From an uncultured Bdellovibrionales bacterium (GTDB lineage Bacteria; Patescibacteriota; Minisyncoccia; Moranbacterales; DUUL01): a stretch of 64,000 nt of DNA. A model generated the notes under the pieces. The model had not been told where the DNA came from, ran no database searches, and worked only from the letters and a program-made list of their open reading frames with translations. Shown piece after piece: positions 45,192 to 54,386 of this stretch; position 1 is the stretch's first letter; each line of letters opens with the position of its first letter. A program made the position numbers and the translations under genes. The DNA is taken from NCBI GenBank assembly GCA_964346295.1, contig CAYFUG010000004.1, positions 532 through 64,531 on the forward strand, given 5' to 3'.

Positions 45192-46835
45192 ATGAAAACA
45201 AAAACAAAAGCTAGTTCGCAGTCAGAAGAGGGGGGAATTTGGGATAGTTTTTGGGCTTGGGAGGCCCAGTTTAAAGAAGCTTTTTTTCGCAAAAGAAAAT
45301 TGCTGAGTGGGATGATTTTGGGACTGGTGCTGGTGGCCGGATTGCTTTTACGGCTAGGCTTCGCCCCTGCTAATCTGGCGGCAAATCCCGCTTCGGAGCC
45401 TTTTGTTTCCATTCTCCAAGAGCGCACTTTTTGGTACGATGAGGCGTTTACCGGAATTTTGCTAAAAGCCTCCTGGAAAGAGATGAATCAGATGATCTAT
45501 GACGATGTTCACCCTCCCCTTTATTACTGGTTGGCCAAGCCCTGGAGCGCAGCCTTTGACTATTCTCCGGTGGGGATTCGCTCTTTCTCTTTACTGTTTG
45601 GAATGCTGACAATAGTCTCTTTGTTTTGGATCGGATCGCGACTATTTGGCCCTAAGGCGGGTCGGTTGGCGGCAGCCTTGGCAGCCTTTTCGCCTTTTGC
45701 AGTGCAATATTCTCAAGAAGCTCGAATGTATGCCTTACTGGGCTTTTTGTTTTTGTGGGCTAGTTGGTTTTTCTATCGGGCTTTAGACAAAAATCGCCTC
45801 CAGGATTGGCTGATCTGGGGAGTTTTAGGCGGGCTTTGTTTTTACACTCACTACTTATCGTTGTTCTTTTTCGTTTCTTTTTATATTGCCTTTTATTTTT
45901 ACCAAGTGCTATTTCTCCAGGGCGGCTATTTTTGGTCCCTGTGGGGACAAAAGCGGCCGCTATTTTGGTTGGGAGTAGCGATAATAGGTGGCTTTTTTGC
46001 CAGTTGGTTGAAAGTTTTTTGGGTCCATTTTACCAAAACAGACGGGGACTTAGGCTGGATTGCGCCTTCTAACCTCAGTGATTTACCAGGAACACTGCAG
46101 ATTTTCCTTTTTGGTCATCCTCCGGGAGCAGGAGGCACGCCCGATGCTAATCCGTTAAAATTCTTTTTTGATCAAAGCTCGGTAGGACTTCTCGTCCTAG
46201 TGGCTATGGCGGTTTTGATTTTTTGCGCTTGGATTAAAAAGCGGCGTCGGCCGGAAATTCTAGTCTTGGGGACGATTTCCTTGGGCGCCTTACTGCTTTT
46301 AATTATCATCTCTCATTTTGACATTAAGTTTTATGTGGCCCGTTACATGATGCCAGCGGCAGTGATTTTTTACCTGCTTTTGAGTGGTTTGATAGTTTCT
46401 GCTACTCGGTGGCGACCAGGGCTGAAGGCAGTGATTTTTCTAGTGGCTTATTTGGCTCTCTTGTCAACTCTTCAACCGATTGACTACGCTCGGGGTTGGG
46501 CTAGGCTATATCAAGTGGATCAAGAAGTGGATTATCTCAAAAGCCGAATTCTGATAGCCAATGGTCCTTTTGAATACACTTCGGCTCGTTACTATTTTGG
46601 TCAAGAGCGAGTACGGTTTTTCAGCCCGGGTAATCTGGGAGAGGATTTTTCTGGTTGGGTGGTGGTGGGGAACCACAATCGCCTCAGTAGCAAAGAAGAG
46701 CTTCGGGCTAGCCCAAACTTTACAATTGTAGATCGGCAGTGTGAGTGGGAGGAGCTGAACTTAGAGGGCTATTCGATGAATATGAAGAGGTACGGGGAGA
46801 TGAGATTGTGCGTGCCGGGAACTTCCAAATTTTGA
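45192..46835 (+). CDS. Glycosyltransferase family 39 / ArnT-PMT-like membrane glycosyltransferase
   Basis: Polytopic membrane protein with DEAFTGIL...DVHPPLYYWL and SPFAVQYSQEARMY. Start moved to ATG 45192. The track ORF begins at 44886, across the palindrome. Confidence 0.8.
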   Translation: MKTKTKASSQSEEGGIWDSFWAWEAQFKEAFFRKRKLLSGMILGLVLVAGLLLRLGFAPANLAANPASEPFVSILQERTFWYDEAFTGILLKASWKEMNQMIYDDVHPPLYYWLAKPWSAAFDYSPVGIRSFSLLFGMLTIVSLFWIGSRLFGPKAGRLAAALAAFSPFAVQYSQEARMYALLGFLFLWASWFFYRALDKNRLQDWLIWGVLGGLCFYTHYLSLFFFVSFYIAFYFYQVLFLQGGYFWSLWGQKRPLFWLGVAIIGGFFASWLKVFWVHFTKTDGDLGWIAPSNLSDLPGTLQIFLFGHPPGAGGTPDANPLKFFFDQSSVGLLVLVAMAVLIFCAWIKKRRRPEILVLGTISLGALLLLIIISHFDIKFYVARYMMPAAVIFYLLLSGLIVSATRWRPGLKAVIFLVAYLALLSTLQPIDYARGWARLYQVDQEVDYLKSRILIANGPFEYTSARYYFGQERVRFFSPGNLGEDFSGWVVVGNHNRLSSKEELRASPNFTIVDRQCEWEELNLEGYSMNMKRYGEMRLCVPGTSKF

Positions 46836-46994
46836 ACCCCGCACTAGAGCTTTGCTCAATGCGGGACAAGAATCTCGTTGTTGCCGGTTGCGTTTCGAAC
46901 TCATCGTACCTTTAGTGCGACTCGTCCGAAGCCTCACCCTTCTTTCCCACTTTCCGCTAAGGCTACAGAAGGGACAGATAAAACTTGAAAGTCC
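46819..46994. repeat. Composite MITE-like element overlapping the GT39 stop
   Basis: Left end GAACTTCCAAATTTTGAAC. Right part GCTACAGAAGGGACAGATAAAACTTGAAAGTCC is shared with 25152-25178. Confidence 0.5.
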
Positions 46995-47017
46995 TGTCTT
47001 ATCCGGAAATATTCCAT

Positions 47018-47098
47018 TGATAAAATTTCCAGGAAAAACAATCAGTGGAGTGATATAAATTCCTTGATTTTTTATCAGTGGAGTGATAAAATTTCCAG
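47018..47098 (+). repeat. 33-bp tandem repeat (about 2.5 units) immediately upstream of the AAA+ ATPase start
   Basis: GATAAAATTTCCAGG at 47018 and 47084. ATCAGTGGAGTGATA at 47040 and 47073. Confidence 0.8.
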
Positions 47099-47102
47099 GT
47101 AA

Positions 47103-48377
47103 ATGATTAATTCTAGAAAAATGATTTCAAGAGAAATTTATCCTAAGCTTTATAGTTGGGCGAAAAAGGGCAAGATTATTATTTTGAAGGGACCTCGTCA
47201 GGCGGGGAAAACGACCCTGATGAATTTTTTATTAGACAATCTTAAAAAAGAAGGTCAAAATACCGCTTATTTGTTGGCAGATGACATTGATAAGCAAGAG
47301 TTGTTTAAGTCTCCAGCCGCTCTGGAATTTTACTTGAGTCAGAAGTATAATTTTCCCGAAAAACATCTTTTTCTTTTTATTGATGAGTTTCAATACATTG
47401 ATCAGGCGGGACTCTTCATTAAAAACTTTTTTGATAAGCATCAGGGCCAGGTAAATTTAATTTTAAGTGGGTCTAGTTCCCTGGAAATCACTCAAAATCA
47501 AGAGTTTTTGACCGGTCGGGCGGTGGAGTTTGAAATGGGAACTGTTAATTTTCGAGAGTTTTTTAATTTTCGAGAAGGAACTCGGATTAAAAAATTTCCC
47601 CTTGAAAGCCAGGATGATTTAAGTAATTTTTATAAATCCTTTGAGAGTAAGCTAAGCCTCGCCTTAAAGAATTTTTTAGTTTTTGGGGGGTATCCTGAGG
47701 TGGTGGAAACCTCATTAGAGGAAGATAAGAAAGTAATTTTAAAGTCGATTGTTAAGAAATATTTAGAAAAGGATGTGGCGGGTTTTTTGCAAATCGAAAA
47801 TATCACTGCCTTTAACAACTTAACGAAGATTTTGGCTTCTCAAATTGGTAATTTAGTTAATATTAGCGAACTGGCTAATACGGTAAACTTATCCATTAAC
47901 ACCGTTAAAAGATATCTGGATGTTTTGCAAGGGACATATGTCTTTAGTCTGGTGCGACCATATGCTAAGAACATTCGCAAGGAGCTAAGCAAAATGCCTA
48001 AAGTTTATATTCAAGACTTGGGGGCAAAAAATTATCTTTTAGGTGATTACAAAGACAATTTATTTGGTGGCAAGGAAGTGGAAAATTTTGTTTTTTTAGG
48101 GATGGCTAATAATTTAAGTTCAGAAGGAGTTAACTTCTATCGAACCAAGGGAGGCTCAGAGGTCGATTTTATTTTAGAAAAAGAGGGTGGCTTGAATTTG
48201 ATAGAAGTTAAATATCGGTCGGTTTCCAAGATCAAAGAGCCTCTGGCATTCGCCAATTTTTCGGAAAATTATGGAGACAGAGTTCAAAACAAGATTGTGA
48301 TTTCCAAAGATGTTTTAAAAAAAGATGGGAATATTTACTTTATTCCGGCGGTGCTTTGGCCCTGGATAGAGTTATAG
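47103..48377 (+). CDS. AAA+ ATPase of the AAA_14/DUF4143 type
   Basis: Walker A KGPRQAGKTT, Walker B LFIDEFQ. Paralog of the ORFs at 6258 and 7623. Confidence 0.9.
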   Translation: MINSRKMISREIYPKLYSWAKKGKIIILKGPRQAGKTTLMNFLLDNLKKEGQNTAYLLADDIDKQELFKSPAALEFYLSQKYNFPEKHLFLFIDEFQYIDQAGLFIKNFFDKHQGQVNLILSGSSSLEITQNQEFLTGRAVEFEMGTVNFREFFNFREGTRIKKFPLESQDDLSNFYKSFESKLSLALKNFLVFGGYPEVVETSLEEDKKVILKSIVKKYLEKDVAGFLQIENITAFNNLTKILASQIGNLVNISELANTVNLSINTVKRYLDVLQGTYVFSLVRPYAKNIRKELSKMPKVYIQDLGAKNYLLGDYKDNLFGGKEVENFVFLGMANNLSSEGVNFYRTKGGSEVDFILEKEGGLNLIEVKYRSVSKIKEPLAFANFSENYGDRVQNKIVISKDVLKKDGNIYFIPAVLWPWIEL

Positions 48378-48419
48378 CTTTCAGGTGGTTTTTTAGGCAA
48401 ATTAAATTAAAACAAAAAT

Positions 48420-49652
48420 ATGAAACAAACTAAAATTATTACCGAAAAGTGGGAGCAGGTGAGTCCAAGATTTATCTCTAGCTACCAAAAGACAGGAGGT
48501 TATCAGGATTTGGCTAAAGCCTTAAAAATGGGTCCGGATCAGGTACTTCAAGAGGTGTTAGCGTCTGGTCTGGCCGGTCGGGGCGGGGGCGGATTTCCTA
48601 CCGGAAAAAAGTGGCAAACGGCTTTAGAACAAAAAGCTTCGGAAAACTACTTTATCTGCAATTTGGATGAATCGGAGCCAGGGACTTACAAAGATCGCTA
48701 TTTAGCGGAAAGTAGTCCTCACCAGCTTTTAGAGGGCATTATGATTGCTTCTTTTGCCCTCAAGGTGAAGAAGGCTTACATTTACCTCAATGGAAATTTT
48801 CACGCCGCTCGGCAGTTGCTGCAAAACGCCCTTCAACAAGCCCAGGAAGCCGGATTTTTAGGAGAGAATATCTTGGAGAGCGGTTTTGATTTAGAAATCG
48901 AACTATTCGTGGGGGCGGGGGCCTATATTTGCGGAGAGGAATCAGCTTTGATTAATTCTATTGAGGGTAAAAGAGGGGAGCCACGGCGCCGGCCTCCTTT
49001 TGCTTGTGTTTGCGGACTGCATAATCGCCCTACGGTTGTGAACAACGCCGAAACTATTGCCAACTTGCCTTGGATAATCCAGAATGGCGGCAAGGCTTAT
49101 TCCCGGGTTGGCCTGCCAGATCAGCCGGGTACTAAACTTTTTTCCATCGGGGGAATGGTGCGTAACCCTGGTTTGTACGAGTTTCCTTTGGGCGTCAGTG
49201 TGCGAGAATTGGTTTACAAAGCGGGAATGGGCATGCGGCCAGGATTGGATTTTTGGTTTGCTCAAGTGGGGGGATCAGCCGGTCGCCTGGTAACGCGCAA
49301 TTTATTGGATGAAATTCCTAGTTATTCTCGCAAGGCTCGGATTTCGGTAGGATCGGGGGCGGTGCTGGTGGTAGATAAAAACCAGGACATCAAGGAACTT
49401 TTACTAGCTTGGAGCCGGTTTTTTGCTCGGGAGTCTTGCGGGCAGTGTGTTCCGTGTCGAGAGGGGACTTTCCGTTTGCAGCAGCTTGTAGAGCGCTTGG
49501 GGGGAGAAAATTTCAGTCAAGATGATTGGGAGGACATGCAGCGCATTATTTTCACTCTGGAGCGGAGTACTTTTTGCGCTTTAGGGAAGTTTGCAGCGGT
49601 GGCGATTAAGGATGCGCTGGAGCTGAAGTTGGTGGAGGCTTCCAAATTTTGA
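48420..49652 (+). CDS. NuoF-like NADH-binding FMN/Fe-S flavoprotein (51-kDa subunit family)
   Basis: GLAGRGGGGFPTGKKW, GAGAYICGEESALINSIEG and ESCGQCVPCREG motifs. Confidence 0.9.
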   Translation: MKQTKIITEKWEQVSPRFISSYQKTGGYQDLAKALKMGPDQVLQEVLASGLAGRGGGGFPTGKKWQTALEQKASENYFICNLDESEPGTYKDRYLAESSPHQLLEGIMIASFALKVKKAYIYLNGNFHAARQLLQNALQQAQEAGFLGENILESGFDLEIELFVGAGAYICGEESALINSIEGKRGEPRRRPPFACVCGLHNRPTVVNNAETIANLPWIIQNGGKAYSRVGLPDQPGTKLFSIGGMVRNPGLYEFPLGVSVRELVYKAGMGMRPGLDFWFAQVGGSAGRLVTRNLLDEIPSYSRKARISVGSGAVLVVDKNQDIKELLLAWSRFFARESCGQCVPCREGTFRLQQLVERLGGENFSQDDWEDMQRIIFTLERSTFCALGKFAAVAIKDALELKLVEASKF

Positions 49653-49754
49653 AAATTTTGGTGTTGCAAGCTGCGTTTGGCACTCACCGTACCCTTCAGT
49701 ACGGCTCGCACCAAGCCTCGCTTGCGCCTAAAAATTTCCTAAAATTTGGAAGCC
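49637..49754. repeat. 118-bp MITE-like palindromic element, family B, overlapping the NuoF-like stop
   Basis: TIRs GGCTTCCAAATTTTGAAAATTTTGGTG / CCTAAAAATTTCCTAAAATTTGGAAGCC. Core CTCACCGTACCCTTCAGTACGG. Confidence 0.8.
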
Positions 49755-49815
49755 TTAATCCAGCGGTTATTTTTAGTGGGAGATTTTTACAAGTTAACTT
49801 TTAAAATTTATTAAA

Positions 49816-50349
49816 ATGCAAAATCAGCCTAAAAATTGGCCTCAGGGGGGGGCAGAGCGAGGTAGCAGACAAGAGTTTTTTAATGCTCCAGAAAGAGAGC
49901 AGCAAGTAAGGGCTAAAAGATTAGATTCCTTGCTTGCTAGAGAGCGAGGAAATTATTTAGATTTTTGCCTGAATTTGTATAAATACCCTGATAGATTCAA
50001 AGGTAATTCTGAGAAAAATACAAAAATTTTTAATCAGCTTAGCTCTGGAAGTAGGATTTTAGAGAGGGCATTTGCTTTTTTTCTTGCTCAAAAAAGAAAT
50101 CAGGACACAAAAGGAGCCCATGAGGAATTGGGAAATATTATACAAAGTGATACTGGTGGTATTTCTGACCCTAATAATTTTCAGATTGATATCGATAAGG
50201 CTAAAGAAATGTTTCGATGGGGATTAGATTTGTATGTCAACGGAGGTGGTGAAAAAATTGGTAGGACACCTACTATCTCTGGAGGAGAGATTGATTCTTT
50301 GGTGGACGATATGGGGGAAATTTTAACAAAGGTAAATCAGTGGAGGTAG
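49816..50349 (+). CDS. Hypothetical protein (177 aa)
   Basis: ORF only. Confidence 0.55.
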   Translation: MQNQPKNWPQGGAERGSRQEFFNAPEREQQVRAKRLDSLLARERGNYLDFCLNLYKYPDRFKGNSEKNTKIFNQLSSGSRILERAFAFFLAQKRNQDTKGAHEELGNIIQSDTGGISDPNNFQIDIDKAKEMFRWGLDLYVNGGGEKIGRTPTISGGEIDSLVDDMGEILTKVNQWR

Positions 50350-50373
50350 TTTAATTAAAATCAAAAATTAAAA

Positions 50374-51525
50374 ATGGAGCGATTAATCAATCTCAAAAAG
50401 CCGGGTAATTTTGCTGGTAATCCAGAGGAATTCAGAGCTCTAGTAGCCTCGGCGAGTTCAAGTGAATCAGAGGCAGTTAAGAGCTTCTTGGAAAAAGCCG
50501 AGGATGAAGAATTCGAAACCTTTTCTTTGTTTTTAGAAAATGCTGATAAGCACTTAGGACTTTCTTTTGATCAGCTGGAGGAGTTGAAAGTTTTGTTAAT
50601 TAAAAACTTGCGAGGAGAGGGCAAGGAAGATTTTTTAAGGGCAATGCAAAGGGCCAATCAGATTTTGCAATTTCAAGGTAGGGATGGTTTACTTGATACT
50701 ATTCAAGCTAAGAGAAGGGCTAGGGATGGTGCTAAAGTTTTAGTTGAACCAGCCTTGGCTTGTCTGTTGGCAGTTTTCTTAACAGTAGGAATTGCGGGAG
50801 AAGCGTTTTCTTCGACTGATATGGAGGGAATGACTTTTAGAGAAGTCAGGGAATTTGTTACGAGTGGAAATCAAGAAAGTGATAAGAAGCTACCCTTTAA
50901 AATCCTTGGTATGAAAACTGCTAGCAATGGAGCTTGGCGAGCAGTAGAAAGCGAAATAAGACATTCAAGGGAGCCCATTACAAAAATAGCAAGAAAGGTG
51001 ACGGAAGGAGTTGAGAGAGTCTATTTTTATTATGAAGGTGAGATTAGGCCTAGTTACTCTTGGAGTGGAAGGAAAGGCGAAAGTGACGTTGTTGAGTCAG
51101 TAGGAGGGGCTAAAGAAATCTCTGCAAATCTTTTAGAAGATGGCTTTAGAGGGAGTGTCGATCAATTGAAAGAATCATCAAGTAGAGCTGTTTTTAGTAA
51201 GTTAAGTAAAAACCAGCGAGAGGCTCTAGGGGATTTTTTATCTAATATAACAAGCAATCCTCAAGTAGGGGTAAGCTTTAATGAGTACACTCTTTCCTCG
51301 GGCAAGACAATCTTGATTCCTTTGGTAAGTTATTTTATTGGAGGGTATGAAGTCAAGGTTAAGTTTCTTTTTAATAGGACAGAAATTACAGCTAAAGGGA
51401 AAGAGAAGGAGTTGGGTGGTCAGGAAACTAAGCATATTTTAATTAAGAAAGGAGGTGGTTTTTCTAGTTCTGACATATTAAGTTTAATTAATGGACAAGA
51501 TGACCCGGAAAATCAGCGTCAGTGA
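50374..51525 (+). CDS. Hypothetical protein (383 aa) with one central TM-like segment
   Basis: ORF only. Same strand as, and tightly spaced with, the previous ORF. Confidence 0.6.
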   Translation: MERLINLKKPGNFAGNPEEFRALVASASSSESEAVKSFLEKAEDEEFETFSLFLENADKHLGLSFDQLEELKVLLIKNLRGEGKEDFLRAMQRANQILQFQGRDGLLDTIQAKRRARDGAKVLVEPALACLLAVFLTVGIAGEAFSSTDMEGMTFREVREFVTSGNQESDKKLPFKILGMKTASNGAWRAVESEIRHSREPITKIARKVTEGVERVYFYYEGEIRPSYSWSGRKGESDVVESVGGAKEISANLLEDGFRGSVDQLKESSSRAVFSKLSKNQREALGDFLSNITSNPQVGVSFNEYTLSSGKTILIPLVSYFIGGYEVKVKFLFNRTEITAKGKEKELGGQETKHILIKKGGGFSSSDILSLINGQDDPENQRQ

Positions 51526-51540
51526 CGACAATCTAAGAGA

Positions 51541-52860
51541 ATGAAAAAATTTAACAAACCACAATTATTGGCGCCGGCGGGGAGTTTGGAGAAGATGAAA
51601 ATTGCTTTGGCTTTTGGAGCGGATGCGGTCTATTTGGGGCTGCCGGATTTTTCTTTGCGAGCCCGAGTTAATAATTTCACTCCAGAGCAGTTGGAGGAGG
51701 CGGCGGAGTATTGCCGAGAGCGAGGCAAACAGTTTTATCTCACTCTCAATATTTACGCTCATCAAAGGCATCTAGAAAAGCTTCCGGAGCAGATCGCGTT
51801 AATCCGTAAGTTGCAGCCCAGTGCCGTGATCGCCTCGGATCCGGGGGTTATTACTCGTCTAAAAGCAGAGGTGCCGGAAATCCCTCTCCATCTTTCTACC
51901 CAGGCCAATGTCACCAATGCCGAGGCGGCTAGATTTTGGTGGGAGCAAGGGATCGAGCGGGTGATTTTGGCTCGAGAGCTAAGCTTGTCAGAGATTAAAC
52001 AAATCAAAAAAGCAGTACCAGAGTTGGAGTTGGAGTGTTTTGTTCACGGGGCAATGTGCATGGCCTATAGCGGCCGGTGCCTGCTTTCTAGCTGGATAAC
52101 AGGAAGAGGGGCGAATGTGGGGGATTGCGCACAGCCTTGCAGGTGGTCATATCGTCTTCAAAATGAAGAATTGTTTAAGATTCAGGACGATCAAGAGCGG
52201 TTTGAGATTGAGTTGGAGGAGGATCAAAATGGGACTTATCTTTTCAATAGCTACGATATCAATTTGATTGATCAGTTGAACAAATTACTGGAGGCCGGAG
52301 TGGAGTCCTTCAAGATAGAGGGGCGTTCTAAAAGTGTTTATTATGTGGCGGTGGCCACCCGCGCTTATCGAAAAGTTTTGGATGCTGCTTTTGATTTTCT
52401 CCAGGATAAGCTCTCGCAGAATGCTTATGAAGAGCTAATTAAAGAGCAAAAACAGGAGTTAGAAAAACTCTCTCATCGGGGGTACTGGACCGGATTTTTG
52501 CTGGGTCAGCAGCCGCCGCATCTCACAGATCAAGACGCAGTGCGGAGTGACTGGGAGTTTGTGGGAATCGCGGCCTCAACTGAATCCGGGAGCTCTAGCT
52601 CTAAGCCAAGCACCAAATTAAATCCTAAAAAATCTGAGGGAAAGTGGCGGGCGGTGTTTGCGCACAATGCTTTGCGAGAAAATGACCAGGTGGAAGTGGT
52701 GACGCCAGAGGAGAATTATTTGGTGGAAATTAAAAAGATCGAAAATAGTCAGGGTGAGCAGGTGGATTCGGCCCACGGTGGCCAAAATGAAATTTTTTCG
52801 GTAGAATTCTCGCAGGTGATTGAAGAGGAAGTTTTTTTGCTGAGGAAGAAAATTAGTTAG
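51541..52860 (+). CDS. Peptidase U32 family protein
   Basis: LLAPAGSLEKMKIALAFGADAVYLG at the N-terminus, plus ECFVHGAMCMAYSGRCLLS and CAQPCRW cysteine motifs. Confidence 0.9.
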   Translation: MKKFNKPQLLAPAGSLEKMKIALAFGADAVYLGLPDFSLRARVNNFTPEQLEEAAEYCRERGKQFYLTLNIYAHQRHLEKLPEQIALIRKLQPSAVIASDPGVITRLKAEVPEIPLHLSTQANVTNAEAARFWWEQGIERVILARELSLSEIKQIKKAVPELELECFVHGAMCMAYSGRCLLSSWITGRGANVGDCAQPCRWSYRLQNEELFKIQDDQERFEIELEEDQNGTYLFNSYDINLIDQLNKLLEAGVESFKIEGRSKSVYYVAVATRAYRKVLDAAFDFLQDKLSQNAYEELIKEQKQELEKLSHRGYWTGFLLGQQPPHLTDQDAVRSDWEFVGIAASTESGSSSSKPSTKLNPKKSEGKWRAVFAHNALRENDQVEVVTPEENYLVEIKKIENSQGEQVDSAHGGQNEIFSVEFSQVIEEEVFLLRKKIS

Positions 52861-52965
52861 AATTTCTAATTTTAATTATTAGGGCGATGCATGGATTAAT
52901 TGAAAAATTTAAGAAGCATGTAATCGAAGAGTCGGGCAGATCAGATTTTATTCATCATAAGTGGT

Positions 52966-53475
52966 TTGAAATATCATCTGGAGATTGTGGAGAGGATTGC
53001 TAATGAGCTGTGCGATGCCTACCCGGAGGCTGATCGAGACTTAGTGAATGCGCTGGTCTGGCTCCATGATTATGGCAAAATCCTTGATTTTGATAATCAG
53101 TACCAGGCCACTCTTGAGGCGGGTAAAAAGAAGCTTTTAGAGTTAGGATTATCTCCTGAATTTACTTCTCGAGCAATTGAGTATGTTGATATCACCAATA
53201 AAAAATTAGAACTTGACATTGCTAAGCAGTCAATTGAGGTGCAGATTATTTCTTCGGCCGATGTAGCCGCTCATTTCGTGGGACCTTTTTTCAGCCTGTG
53301 GTGGTACGAAAATCCCGATAAGCCTTTCGAAGAACTGATGGCTGATAACTTAAAAAAGGCCCAAAAAAACTGGGAAAGAAAAATGGTCTTGCCAGAAATT
53401 AGAGAGAAATTTTATCAAAGATATAGAATTACATTAGAAAATAGTGGACAATTTCCCGAGCGATTTTTAGATTAA
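52966..53475 (+). CDS. HD-domain phosphohydrolase-like protein
   Basis: H...WLHDYGK...D pattern. A possible upstream N-terminal piece in another frame is described in the findings. Confidence 0.75.
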   Translation: MKYHLEIVERIANELCDAYPEADRDLVNALVWLHDYGKILDFDNQYQATLEAGKKKLLELGLSPEFTSRAIEYVDITNKKLELDIAKQSIEVQIISSADVAAHFVGPFFSLWWYENPDKPFEELMADNLKKAQKNWERKMVLPEIREKFYQRYRITLENSGQFPERFLD

Positions 53476-53489
53476 ATTTATCGACTGAA

Positions 53490-54254
53490 ATGAAATTAAC
53501 GGCTTTGCAAAAGGCCCGGACGGTGGTTTCAGTAAACTTCTTTATTTTGTTTATTATAGCCACATTAACTCCTCGTTTGGTGAGGGGCGATTTTTGGGTT
53601 TTGGGGGAAGAGACGATTGAAGGGATGTTTCTCTCTTTGGAATTTTTAGCAATGGTCTTGATTTTTCGCTACTATGATCAGCACAGCAAGAAGAGCGAGG
53701 AGGATCGCTTGGAGCTAGAGGGTCAGTTAAAAAAGAAAGAGCGAGAGCTTCTAGGTACTTTGGAATATTTGGGTAAGGTAAATGTAAAGATTTCTTTGGT
53801 GCGCTCTATCATAGAAAATACTAAAGCGCCAGGCAGTCGGAGTGAATTACGAGAAATTTATTCTCAACTGCTTAGTAGCGTGCGAAGTCTTGCTAAGAGA
53901 AAAAAGATTTTTTTGAAAATTGTCGATTTAGAAGAAGGAAAGACTATTAGTGAACAGACAGAGACTATGAAAGAAGAAGATAGCGGTAAAAAGCAGGCTT
54001 TTCATTTTGAAAATAAGACTCTGCTAGAAGCTTATAAATCTAAACAAGAGCTAATAAAAAATGCAGAAGGGAAGCAATTTAGGGTTTATTATTCTAGGCT
54101 AGAAAACTTCTCTCTGAAGGCTTTTATTATTGTTCCTAAAAACGGGCAAGGAGATCCCACGGAAGATGAAAAGGAATTTTTGCAGGCGATTGCCAATCAA
54201 TGCGAGGTGGTATTTTTGTTGTTTAATTCGGCTTATTATAAGTGCAAAGTTTAG
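53490..54254 (+). CDS. Membrane-anchored coiled-coil hypothetical protein
   Basis: Two N-terminal TM segments, then a charged helical region. Confidence 0.55.
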   Translation: MKLTALQKARTVVSVNFFILFIIATLTPRLVRGDFWVLGEETIEGMFLSLEFLAMVLIFRYYDQHSKKSEEDRLELEGQLKKKERELLGTLEYLGKVNVKISLVRSIIENTKAPGSRSELREIYSQLLSSVRSLAKRKKIFLKIVDLEEGKTISEQTETMKEEDSGKKQAFHFENKTLLEAYKSKQELIKNAEGKQFRVYYSRLENFSLKAFIIVPKNGQGDPTEDEKEFLQAIANQCEVVFLLFNSAYYKCKV

Positions 54255-54386
54255 CAAGAATCATCCCAGGATTAGAGAGTTTTGTTCCTCGAGAAGTCTC
54301 AATAGTTATGTTCTAAGTGCAAAGGCAACTGAGAAGCTATTGTGGGATTTAATCTTTTATCAAATTATCAAATTTAAACTAAACAA

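Noticed and set aside
47018-47098. Whether the 33-bp-period repeats (also at 7573-7632) are a mini-CRISPR array.
   Set aside because: There are only 2-3 units, no spacer/repeat alternation of CRISPR type, and no cas genes in the window. The repeats overlap a start codon.
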